From the NCBI GenBank assembly GCA_963678065.2, contig CAXXVZ010000003.1, forward strand, positions 2,080,001 to 2,144,000: a stretch of DNA of 64,000 bases, written 5' to 3'. The first letter of the stretch is position 1. Each line of letters starts with the position of its first letter. The position numbers and the translations under genes are program-made. Positions 35,954 through 44,882 of the stretch are shown piece by piece. Under the pieces are notes generated by a model. The model did not search any database and was not told the DNA's origin. It worked only from the letters and a program-made list of their open reading frames with translations. Source of the stretch: Treponemataceae bacterium (GTDB lineage Bacteria; Spirochaetota; Spirochaetia; Treponematales; Rectinemataceae).

Positions 35954-37237
35954 ATGTCAGTCGCCATGTGGATAGGCGTCGGCCTGTTCGTCGTCATATA
36001 CGCGATCATCTCCTCGGAGCTGGTCAACAAGACCATCATCGTCCTCGTCGGGGCCTCGCTTTTCATCGTCCTGCACCTTATCGGAACCGCCGAGGCTTTC
36101 AGCTCCATAGACTGGAACGTCATCTTCCTCCTCATAAGCATGATGATCATAGTCGGAATCACCAGAAAGACGGGCATCTTCCAGTACATCGCCATCAAGA
36201 CCGCCAAGCTCGCGAAGGGCGACCCGATGACCATCCTCATCCTCATGTCCTTCATCACGGCCTTCATCTCGGCCTTCCTGGACAACGTGACAACGGTCAT
36301 GATCATCACGCCAGTGACGATCCTCATCGCCGTCGAGCTCGGCATCAGCCCGATCCCCTTCATCATCACCGAGGCCATCGCCTCCAATGTCGGTGGAACG
36401 GCGACCCTCATCGGCGACCCGCCCAACATCATGATCGGCAGCGCGGCCGGTCTCGACTTCGTCAGCTTCCTCGTCAACCTCACACCCGTCATCCTCGTGA
36501 TCATGGCGGTTCTCTCCGGCGTCTACTACCTGATGTTTTCGAAAAAACTCCACGTCTCGAACGAGCGTAAGGCGCGCGTCATGGATTTCGACGAGAGCAA
36601 ATCGATCACGGACAAGCCCCTCCTCATCAAGTGCGGAGCTGTGCTGGGCCTCGTCATACTCGGCTTCCTCTTCCACGGGCTCATCGATGTCGAAGCCTCG
36701 GTGATTGCCCTGTTCGGGGCCTCCGTCCTCATGATGCTCACGGGTAGCCACGAGGTCGACGAGTTCTTCCACGACGTCGAGTGGGGGACCCTCTTCTTCT
36801 TCATCGGCCTCTTCATCCTCGTCGGCGCCCTCGTCGACCTCGGTGTCATGAAGATCCTTGCCGAGATGGTCCTGAACCTCACAAAGGGGAACATGAAGAC
36901 CACTTCGATAGCCCTCGTCTGGATTTCCGGCTTCCTCTCCGCCTTCATCGACAACATCCCCTACGTCGCGACCATGATTCCCCTCGTGAAGGGCATCGGA
37001 AACACTGTGGGCCAGGCGGCCATCGTCCCGCTCTGGTGGTCCCTCGCCCTCGGCGCCTGCCTCGGCGGAAATGGAACCCTCATCGGCGCTTCAGCCAACG
37101 TAGTTTCGGTCGGACTCGCCAACAAGTCAGGCTACAAGATCACATTCTGGGATTTCACGAAATACGGGGCCGTCATAACCTTCATCAGCATGATCATCTC
37201 GTCACTGTACATCTACCTGCGCTACTTCGTGTTCTGA
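35954..37237 (+). CDS. ArsB/NhaD (P-protein-like) ion transporter
   Basis: SAFLDNVTT, ASNVGG.ATLIGDPPNI, SAFIDNIP, GGNGTLIGASAN. Confidence 0.9.
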   Translation: MSVAMWIGVGLFVVIYAIISSELVNKTIIVLVGASLFIVLHLIGTAEAFSSIDWNVIFLLISMMIIVGITRKTGIFQYIAIKTAKLAKGDPMTILILMSFITAFISAFLDNVTTVMIITPVTILIAVELGISPIPFIITEAIASNVGGTATLIGDPPNIMIGSAAGLDFVSFLVNLTPVILVIMAVLSGVYYLMFSKKLHVSNERKARVMDFDESKSITDKPLLIKCGAVLGLVILGFLFHGLIDVEASVIALFGASVLMMLTGSHEVDEFFHDVEWGTLFFFIGLFILVGALVDLGVMKILAEMVLNLTKGNMKTTSIALVWISGFLSAFIDNIPYVATMIPLVKGIGNTVGQAAIVPLWWSLALGACLGGNGTLIGASANVVSVGLANKSGYKITFWDFTKYGAVITFISMIISSLYIYLRYFVF

Positions 37238-37319
37238 GAAATCCGCTCCGGTCGCATGCCTCACCTGCGCCCAGATCGCTGGCGTGGCCGTTCACCCGGA
37301 CTTGTGGCCGGGCGCAGGT

Positions 37320-37361
37320 AAAAAGGCAGCCCCCTCCTGAGGTGGAGGGGGCTGTTCATTT
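37320..37361. terminator. Probable bidirectional terminator between convergent genes
   Basis: GCAGCCCCCTCC-TGAGGT-GGAGGGGGCTGT flanked by an A-run and T-rich sequence. Confidence 0.75.
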
Positions 37362-37392
37362 CAGGGCCGTCGCGTCAGCGGATCTACCCGCC

Positions 37393-38388
37393 TCAGTGCC
37401 TGTGGGTGGCGTTCCCCACGACGATTCCGCCCGTGACAGGTCCGGCGAGCGTACGCGCCCTCCGGGGCTTGCGATCTCGCATCAGGAAGGCTCCGAGAGC
37501 TCCGCTCGAGGAGCACAGCGCAACGATTATCAGGAAGGCGCTGGGATTGTCTTCGAAGGGGACCTTGACGTTCATGCTGAACATACTGACCACGAGGGTC
37601 GGTATCATGAGCACGATCGATATGACCGTGAGGCGCTTCATGACGATGTTCAGGTTGTTCGAGATGACAGATGCGAAGGCGTCCATCATGCCCGAGAGGA
37701 TGTCGGAGTAGATGCCCGACATCTCGATGGCCTGTTTGTTGTCGGTGAGGACGTCCTCGAGGAGTTCGGTTTCATCTTCAGAGAAGCGAATGGCGCGGGT
37801 CGTCGGGAATTTTTCGAGAAGAATTTCGTTGGATTTGATGCTCGTCGTGAAGTAGACGAGAGACTTCTCGATCGACAGGAGTTGGGTCAGCTCGTGATTC
37901 TTGACCGAACGCTGAAGTTCTCCCTCGATGATCGCTGTCCTGCGGTTGATGTCCTTGAGATAGCGCAGGTAGCAGATCGCAGCCCGCGAGAACAGGTGGA
38001 GGATGAAGGCGCTCTTGTTCTTGAGGTCGAGGCCCTTGACCCGGCCGTTCCGGATCTCATCGAGGACCTCGTTGTCGTACTGACATACGGTGATGATTCT
38101 GTCGGGGAAGAGGAGCACGCCGCAGGGCACCGTGAAATAGCAGACCTCGAACCTGGCATCGTAAACGGGAAGGCGGCAGATGATGAGCGTGTACTCGTCT
38201 TCTTTTTCGATTCGCGACTGCTCGTCGATATCCATGATGTCGAGGAGATGGTCGGGATTGACTTTGTAATCCCGTTCGAGGGCGGCGAGTTCTTCTTTGG
38301 AAGGATCGACCACGTCGATCCAGGCGAATTTACCCGGTCTCTCGACCAGGGCGAGGCGTGTGCCGTCGCTGATGCGGTATTTGACCAT
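37393..38388 (-). CDS. corA: CorA family Mg2+ transporter
   Basis: WIDV..P, D.DE..R.E, IEKSLVYF, SNNLN.VMK.LT, SMN in place of GMN; start MVKY after a GGAG SD. Confidence 0.9.
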   Translation of the reverse strand: MVKYRISDGTRLALVERPGKFAWIDVVDPSKEELAALERDYKVNPDHLLDIMDIDEQSRIEKEDEYTLIICRLPVYDARFEVCYFTVPCGVLLFPDRIITVCQYDNEVLDEIRNGRVKGLDLKNKSAFILHLFSRAAICYLRYLKDINRRTAIIEGELQRSVKNHELTQLLSIEKSLVYFTTSIKSNEILLEKFPTTRAIRFSEDETELLEDVLTDNKQAIEMSGIYSDILSGMMDAFASVISNNLNIVMKRLTVISIVLMIPTLVVSMFSMNVKVPFEDNPSAFLIIVALCSSSGALGAFLMRDRKPRRARTLAGPVTGGIVVGNATHRH

Positions 38389-38403
38389 GACAAACTCCAG
38401 AAA

Positions 38404-38436
38404 GGGCAGCACACGCAGAATACGGAAATGCTGCCC
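38404..38436 (-). promoter_or_regulatory. Hairpin GGGCAGCA...TGCTGCCC just before the corA SD
   Basis: Perfect 8-bp stem followed by TTTCT and then GGAG. Confidence 0.55.
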
Positions 38437-38481
38437 GGCCGGGCCCCGCACGCGACAGTCGGGGACTCGGGCCTGGAGGCT

Positions 38482-38559
38482 CTAGTCCGATTGTCCGCGC
38501 CGGGGCGTACGTATGAATGGGGATGGTGGTTCCGAATGACTAGGGTCGGAATCCGGCAT
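38482..38559 (-). CDS. Putative Pro-rich leader peptide MPDSDPSHSEPPSPFIRTPRRGQSD
   Basis: AAGGAGG SD 6 nt before the ATG; 6 of 25 residues are Pro; lies between the corA promoter and the corA start. Confidence 0.7.
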   Translation of the reverse strand: MPDSDPSHSEPPSPFIRTPRRGQSD

Positions 38560-38623
38560 GTACGTCCTCCTTCGCGGAATAGCCTTTTCCTGACTGGAAA
38601 TGGCGGCATGTAAGCCGTAGCTG

Positions 38624-38652
38624 AGTATAGCGACAGAGCTGGAAAAGGACAA
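38624..38652 (-). promoter_or_regulatory. corA promoter TTGTCC-17-TATACT
   Basis: Read directly on the minus strand. Confidence 0.65.
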
Positions 38653-38691
38653 GAGTTTAAAGGAAATTAACGGATCGAGAGGAAATGCCGG

Positions 38692-39681
38692 CTATGACCG
38701 CATCGGTCTCGCTGGGGCGCTACGCTCTGGAGCCGTGGCGAGAAAAACGCCTGCGACCGCGACGAGGCCGCCGGCGAGCTGCGTCGGCCCGAGCCTCTCC
38801 CCGAGAAGAATGTAGGCGGCGACCACCGAAACGACTGGTATGAGGTTGATGAACACGCTCGACTTCGCGGCTCCGAGGGTCTCGAGGGTGATGACGTAGA
38901 ACCAGTAGCCGATCGCGGAGGCGAAAATGCCCAAATAGAGTACGTTGAGCCACACCGCCAAGGGCGACGCGGGCGGCATGACAGGGAGCAGATTCGAGGC
39001 TGCTGCCGGCAGAGCCGAAGCCTGACCGGCAGACAGGGAACTCGCGACGACAGTCTTGCCTGCCCCCGCGGTCAGGTTTTCGTACAGCGCGAAGGGAATG
39101 CAGCCGAGCATTCCGAAAAAGATCTGCCAGAAGGTCACGGCGAGAAGGCCATACTTTCCGGAAAGCGGCTTTGTGAGAAAGGTGTAGGCGACCCATGAGA
39201 GTGCGGCCCCACCCATGAAGAGGTAGCCGGGGAGCGAAGAGGCTCCGCCCTTGGATTGAGTCACGATGAGCGCTACTCCCGCGAAAGACGCGATGACGCC
39301 CGTATATACCCTGAGGCCGTGCTTCGTTCCGAAGATGGCGCGCTCGGCCAGAATGGTCACGACGGGAATGGCGCCGATTATCAGGGAAGACTCAGAGGCC
39401 GAGAGCCTGAGGATACCGTTGTTCTCGAAAAAGAAATACAGCGTGACGCCGACAAGCCCGGCTGCGGCCAGGAGAGGAAGGTCACGGGGGCGCACGGCAA
39501 GCTTTTCCTTGAGCAGGAAGGCGATCAGGGGCAACAAGGCAGAGGCGACCATAAACCGCGACAGAGCGAGAGTCATGGGCGAAAGCCCCGTGAGGGCGAC
39601 CTTGATGGAGAGGAATGTCATTCCCCAGAGAAATGCGACCGCGAATCCGAGGGCGGTCGCTGTCCTGTGTGACCGGAGCAT
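38692..39681 (-). CDS. EamA/DMT family transporter
   Basis: LWG.TF..IK.AL....P..L...RF, about 10 TMs, NLIPV......LLGE; start MLRSH. Confidence 0.88.
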   Translation of the reverse strand: MLRSHRTATALGFAVAFLWGMTFLSIKVALTGLSPMTLALSRFMVASALLPLIAFLLKEKLAVRPRDLPLLAAAGLVGVTLYFFFENNGILRLSASESSLIIGAIPVVTILAERAIFGTKHGLRVYTGVIASFAGVALIVTQSKGGASSLPGYLFMGGAALSWVAYTFLTKPLSGKYGLLAVTFWQIFFGMLGCIPFALYENLTAGAGKTVVASSLSAGQASALPAAASNLLPVMPPASPLAVWLNVLYLGIFASAIGYWFYVITLETLGAAKSSVFINLIPVVSVVAAYILLGERLGPTQLAGGLVAVAGVFLATAPERSAPARPMRS

Positions 39682-39739
39682 GGCGAACACTAGCGCCAAA
39701 CCCGTTTCTCGTCCACTGGGTCGATGGTATACTGGGGAG

Positions 39740-41308
39740 ATGAATATATTGCCCATCGACGGATCTTCCCTCGATCTGGAAAAAGTCAGCCTTGTGGCCC
39801 GCAAGGGATATGGAACCGAGCTCACGCCCGAAGCGCTGTCGCGGATGGCGCGGTCGAGGAAGATAGTCGACGACTGCGTCGAAGGAAACCTTGTCCGGTA
39901 CGGAATCACGACGGGCTTCGGCAAGTTTTGCGACGTCGTCATTTCCCGGGAGGAAAATGACAGCCTCCAGGAAAACCTCATCATGAGCCACGCCTGCGGC
40001 GTCGGGGAACCCTTCGCGGAAGAAATTGTCCGCGCGATGATGCTCCTCAGGGCGAACGCGCTCGCGGTCGGCCACTCTGGCATCCGCCCCTCGACGGTCC
40101 AGGCTCTCATCGCCATGCTCAACGCCGGAATCCACCCGGTCATCCCCGAAAAGGGCTCGCTCGGCTCCTCAGGAGATCTCGCCCCCCTCGCCCACATGGT
40201 CCTCGTCCTCATCGGGAAAGGGGAAGCCACCCACAAGGGCAGACGGATGGACGGGAAAACTGCTCTCGCCCAGGCGGGCCTCGCTCCGGTCAGGCTCTCC
40301 GCCAAAGAGGGACTCGCCCTCATCAACGGGACACAGGCGATGACGGCTGTCGGCGGTCTCGCCTGCCGCGACGCCCTCGCCCTGGCGCGCATCGCGGATC
40401 TGGCGGCCGCGCTGAGCGTCCAGGCCCTGTCCGGCATCACCGACGCTTTCGACGCGCGCGTCCACGCCTTGAGGCGACAGCCCGGGCAGATCGCCTGTGC
40501 GGCCACGCTCCGAAGCCTCCTCGAGGGCTCAGGCTTCACCACGCGTCAAGGCCAGGAGAGGGTGCAGGACGCCTACGCCCTGCGCTGCACGCCCCAGGTG
40601 CACGGAGCCAGCCGCGACGCGGTCGGATACGCGGCCGCCACGACGGAGCGCGAGTTCAACGCGGTCACGGACAACCCGATCATCTTCGACCCGGATCCGG
40701 AAATGGATGGAGCGACGGGCGGCATTATCTCCGGCGGCAATTTCCACGGCCAGCCCATGGCGCTGGCGATGGACTTCCTCGGCATCGCCTGCGCGGAGTA
40801 CGCGGATATCTCCGAACGCCGCATCGAGCGACTCGTGAACCCTGCCCTCTCCAATGGCCTACCCGCTTTCCTCTCACCAAGAGGCGGCCTCAATTCGGGC
40901 TTCATGATCACACAGTACGCGGCGGCGGCCCTTGTCTCCGAAAACAAAATCCTTGCGCATCCGGCGAGCGTGGACTCCATCCCCTCCAGCGCCAATCAGG
41001 AAGACCATGTATCCATGGGCACCATCGCGGCCCGCAAGGCGCGGAGCATCATCGCCAACGCGACGAGCGTGCTCGCCATCGAACTCCTCGCGGCCTGCCA
41101 GGCCCTGGACCTGCGCGCCCGCGCGAAAGGCCGGGCGGGAAAAACCGCGGAATTCCTTTCCGGGCGGACGCGGCCGGCCTACGAACTCATCCGCTCGGCC
41201 GTTCCCGAACTCGGCGACGACAGAGTCATGTATCCGGACATGGAGGCCGTGCGGAGGCTTGTCACGGACGGAAGTCTCGAGAAAACAGTCGATTTCATTG
41301 CGTTATAA
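39740..41308 (+). CDS. hutH: Histidine ammonia-lyase
   Basis: YGITTGFG, NLIMSHACG, GS.GSSGDLAPL, KEGLALING, QDAYALRC, SGGNFHG, NQEDHVSMG. Confidence 0.93.
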   Translation: MNILPIDGSSLDLEKVSLVARKGYGTELTPEALSRMARSRKIVDDCVEGNLVRYGITTGFGKFCDVVISREENDSLQENLIMSHACGVGEPFAEEIVRAMMLLRANALAVGHSGIRPSTVQALIAMLNAGIHPVIPEKGSLGSSGDLAPLAHMVLVLIGKGEATHKGRRMDGKTALAQAGLAPVRLSAKEGLALINGTQAMTAVGGLACRDALALARIADLAAALSVQALSGITDAFDARVHALRRQPGQIACAATLRSLLEGSGFTTRQGQERVQDAYALRCTPQVHGASRDAVGYAAATTEREFNAVTDNPIIFDPDPEMDGATGGIISGGNFHGQPMALAMDFLGIACAEYADISERRIERLVNPALSNGLPAFLSPRGGLNSGFMITQYAAAALVSENKILAHPASVDSIPSSANQEDHVSMGTIAARKARSIIANATSVLAIELLAACQALDLRARAKGRAGKTAEFLSGRTRPAYELIRSAVPELGDDRVMYPDMEAVRRLVTDGSLEKTVDFIAL

Positions 41309-41408
41309 ATCATTACAAACCGGAGGCTTCGCTTGCGGATGTTGAATGTCTAGTCATTCGGATGCCTGATCGGTATCATAATATCCAATTTGTCTCCGGA
41401 GGTACCCC

Positions 41409-44400
41409 ATGTCTGTCAAGCGTGACTTCGGTCTCAGACTCAATCGGCTCTCCCCCCAGGAGCGCGGACGCCTGATCGCCTATATCAATATCAAACTCGC
41501 GAGCCTCGGACTTCCCGTCTACAGCAGAGAAGGGACGAGCTTCGTGGAACTGGCGAGCGACATGCTCGCGACCTTCCGTGAGAAGGACAGGCTTCTGTCC
41601 AATTACCTCCCCCCCGCCGACCAGAGAATCCAGGATTTCCTCGACTCCTACCTCGGCGATCTCGGTCTGCAGACTCTTCCGAGGCTGCCCTCCAACACCC
41701 TTGTCCTCGACCGGTATGGCATGGCCCGCGAACTCTCCCTCGCGCCCAACGCCCACAAATTCGTCTCACCGATAATGACTTCGTATCGCCTCAGGAATGG
41801 AATTTTGCACAATCCCGCCAACGACAGACGCACGACGGAAGGCGTCTTCCATGTCGCCGAGGGAGGCCTTCCCATTCCGCTTGACAAGAAGGCCGTTCCC
41901 AAGCTTGCCTTCGCGCGGCTGCTCCAGGCCGCCATGAATCCCCCTCCCGAACTCATGGAGCTGCCCTTCACCGCGGGCGAACCACAGAAGGCCCATGTCT
42001 TCCTTTCTGCCCTGCTCAAACCCATGGTCAGGCCCGACGTGCCCGGCTTCTGCGAGGAGCGATCCATGGAAGTCCGCTTCTTCGCTCCCGGCTCCCTCGC
42101 GGCCAGCCTCGACTTCGTCGAGAGCATCTTCGGCAACTCCGGCGATCCCTACGTTCCGGAGAATGATTGTGCCCTCGACCCCGTCCACTGGACCGGAACG
42201 ACCGGCTGCATCGTTCTCGCCACCCACCTTACGGCCCTCACCAAAAAGGAGCTGGGCCTGCCCCATTACGACCAGGCGACGGAGCGGCAGAAGCGCGATG
42301 GCATGTGCTGGAAGGAACCGGGCGAGCGATACAACAACGGAAAACCCTTCAAGATCTGCGCGCGGGACGAGCGCGGCGTCATCGTCACCCTCATCGCGGA
42401 CAACTATTTCGGCTACTCAAAAAAAGAGATCAAGACCCAGATATCCTATTCGGCCAACATTCTCGGACTCGCGGAGGAAGAGCATTCGGGCGGAGCCCTC
42501 GTGTTCCCCTCCTACAATCACGGCATGCGGTTCCTTCCCGACACCAATCTCAAGAGCAGGGGCCACAACTTCGAAGGCGTCATAGAGCTCCTGAAGGGCC
42601 GCATCGACGTCAAGCCCGAGGGTTATGCGATCGACCTCACCTTCCCCAACATCGTCTACATCCCCGAGGATGCTGTCATCTCGCTCGAAGACCAGCAGAT
42701 CCGCTGGACCTGGGAGGGTCAGCCCCGCAGCCTCAGAGTCCTGCCGCACGAAGTCTATGTGAATCCCACCGGATACCGGATCAGGATGGAACGACACCCT
42801 GGTTCCGGAGCCTGGCGCCTCGTCGGCACGGTCGCCGAAGGCCTTTTATGCCACAAACCCTGCACCGTTTCGGGTGGAGGCAAGTCGGAGATAGCGAAAT
42901 CCATCTCTGACGCCATCAGTTTCTCACCCCTCACGATCGGCGACTACGAGCAGGACCTCAAGGCGGTCCAGGAAATCATCGACAGGGACTACGGCAACCG
43001 GTTCCGCGACCCCGACGAGAACCATGGCCTGGACGCGCGCAAGATCCTCTCGCCCAAACGTTCGCTCGGCTCCGTCATCAAGCTCCTGACGCCTTCGCCC
43101 CTCTACACCGACGAGTACAATGCCTGGCTCAGGACCATCCCCGAGCGCATAAAGTCCCTCGTATTCCTCGTCAAGCGATTCTACAACCCCGAGTGGGCTG
43201 ATGGCTGGATCAAGCGATTCACCGTCGATGCGGTCAACGGCACGACAGGCAACATTCTCAAATACGACGGCCGCCCCGTCCAGGGATCCTACCTCCGCGT
43301 CGGCCGAGATGCGCATGGCATGCGCAGGACGTTCAAGCTCCGGCAGGACTTCATGCCCGCCGAAAAGCGCCAGTGGGAGGACGACATCACAGGCTCGGTC
43401 ATCGCACCCGTCTCCGCCCTCAAGTACCTTCCGGCCTGGGCCGAAAAGATGGACAGCCTCAAATTCTGCAAAAACATCGAGGCCCGCTTCTTCCAGCGGC
43501 CCGATGACGCCGTCATCAGAGGTTACGACAAGCAGGCCGAAAAAGACCTCTCCCGGCAGGACAATTTCATCTCCAATTTCGAACCCCTCACGAGGGCCCG
43601 CGCCTCCGAGATCATCGAGAAGACCATTCAGTTCTCGGAGTACTCGGATCCCATGCGCACCTTCATCGAATCAGCCGAGGCCGATCCCCACTTCGAATAT
43701 TTCGTGGCCTCCGACCATCCCCGCATGGTCGACGGCGCCCCATCAAAGAATCCCCGCTACCTCCAGCTCGACCCGAACTACACCGACACCATCGGCCGCT
43801 ATCTGGCTGACCTTGGGCCCAGGCTCTACCGCAGGATACCGGCCGATATGGCCGTCCTCCATCCCGTCGGTGCCGTTCTTCCGGGAAGGCGCAACAACCC
43901 GATCGACAGGAAGGCGGGCATCCGGCCCCTCGCGGTCTACAGCCCCATCCACTATCAAGACCTTCCTGAGCTTTTCATGGATTTTGTCTGTTCGCTGACG
44001 GGGAAGAGCCCCTCCACCACAGGGGCCGGCAGCGAGGGCGCCCTCACGAAGGGACCATTCAACGCGCTGACACCGACCACGGACCTGAACAACTCGATGC
44101 TCTCCTTCATCCTCTCAGGATATGGCGGATTCACGACTGCGGCCGGCCACATCGGTTCGGGATACAAGATGGAGCACGACATCTCCCTTCTCGTGCCCGA
44201 ACTGTGGTCGCGGTTGACACCCGAAGAGCGGGACCCCGAATTCCTCAAAAGTCACGGCTACCTCGAAGAAGTGAAGGACTTCGAATACGAAGGCCGTCTC
44301 ATTCCGGCGAGCCGCCTCGGATGGCGCATCACTCCCCTGTTCGCCGCGACCTATCTCGGGCGAATCTTCGATACGCCCGCCGCTGTCTTCACCGAAGATA

Positions 44401-44867
44401 TTCTCCGGCCCGAACTCCAGTCCCTGCCCGAATTCGTCGACGGTGTCGAAAATATCGCCACGGCGATGGCGAAGGCAGCCCGAGACTATCTCGATGACGG
44501 CTCCATCGAGGCCGCGATTCCGCCCCTCCAGGCCGTCCTCTACGTCATGGCTACTGGCAGCTACAAGGGCAAGAGCATCCACGACCCTGAAATCCGCAGG
44601 CTCTTCGACCGCGAATACGTGATCTCCTCCGAGTGGTACAAGGAGAGGCTCGTCCGCTATCGCGACCACGAGATCGATTTCGTGAAAAAATCCATGGATT
44701 ACATCCGTCGGTTCCTGGCCGAAAAAGCTCAGACAGGGACGCCTACGGCCAGGAAGGCCCAGACCGAGTTGGTAAAAGCTCAGGAAAGGCTGAACGCGCT
44801 CAGGGAACCGGGTTACCTCGAGATCATCAAGGGAACACTGGGCCTCGACCCGCTCTACAGAGGCTGA
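41409..44867 (+). CDS. Pyrophosphate-dependent phosphoenolpyruvate carboxykinase
   Basis: 1152 aa; LHNP..DRRTT.GVFH, DNYFGY.KKE, HKPCTVSGGGKSEI.KS, FQRPDDA, GKSPSTTGAGSEGALTKGPFN. Confidence 0.87.
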   Translation: MSVKRDFGLRLNRLSPQERGRLIAYINIKLASLGLPVYSREGTSFVELASDMLATFREKDRLLSNYLPPADQRIQDFLDSYLGDLGLQTLPRLPSNTLVLDRYGMARELSLAPNAHKFVSPIMTSYRLRNGILHNPANDRRTTEGVFHVAEGGLPIPLDKKAVPKLAFARLLQAAMNPPPELMELPFTAGEPQKAHVFLSALLKPMVRPDVPGFCEERSMEVRFFAPGSLAASLDFVESIFGNSGDPYVPENDCALDPVHWTGTTGCIVLATHLTALTKKELGLPHYDQATERQKRDGMCWKEPGERYNNGKPFKICARDERGVIVTLIADNYFGYSKKEIKTQISYSANILGLAEEEHSGGALVFPSYNHGMRFLPDTNLKSRGHNFEGVIELLKGRIDVKPEGYAIDLTFPNIVYIPEDAVISLEDQQIRWTWEGQPRSLRVLPHEVYVNPTGYRIRMERHPGSGAWRLVGTVAEGLLCHKPCTVSGGGKSEIAKSISDAISFSPLTIGDYEQDLKAVQEIIDRDYGNRFRDPDENHGLDARKILSPKRSLGSVIKLLTPSPLYTDEYNAWLRTIPERIKSLVFLVKRFYNPEWADGWIKRFTVDAVNGTTGNILKYDGRPVQGSYLRVGRDAHGMRRTFKLRQDFMPAEKRQWEDDITGSVIAPVSALKYLPAWAEKMDSLKFCKNIEARFFQRPDDAVIRGYDKQAEKDLSRQDNFISNFEPLTRARASEIIEKTIQFSEYSDPMRTFIESAEADPHFEYFVASDHPRMVDGAPSKNPRYLQLDPNYTDTIGRYLADLGPRLYRRIPADMAVLHPVGAVLPGRRNNPIDRKAGIRPLAVYSPIHYQDLPELFMDFVCSLTGKSPSTTGAGSEGALTKGPFNALTPTTDLNNSMLSFILSGYGGFTTAAGHIGSGYKMEHDISLLVPELWSRLTPEERDPEFLKSHGYLEEVKDFEYEGRLIPASRLGWRITPLFAATYLGRIFDTPAAVFTEDILRPELQSLPEFVDGVENIATAMAKAARDYLDDGSIEAAIPPLQAVLYVMATGSYKGKSIHDPEIRRLFDREYVISSEWYKERLVRYRDHEIDFVKKSMDYIRRFLAEKAQTGTPTARKAQTELVKAQERLNALREPGYLEIIKGTLGLDPLYRG

Positions 44868-44882
44868 AAGGCAGGAGAAACC

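Noticed and set aside
38389..38620. M-box (ykoK) Mg2+ riboswitch before corA
   Set aside because: No M-box consensus recognised; an SD-led Pro-rich uORF explains the leader better.
38692..41308. Long overlapping 616-aa and 680-aa ORFs
   Set aside because: Over-extended starts; the real genes are the divergent EamA (start 39681) and hutH (start 39740).
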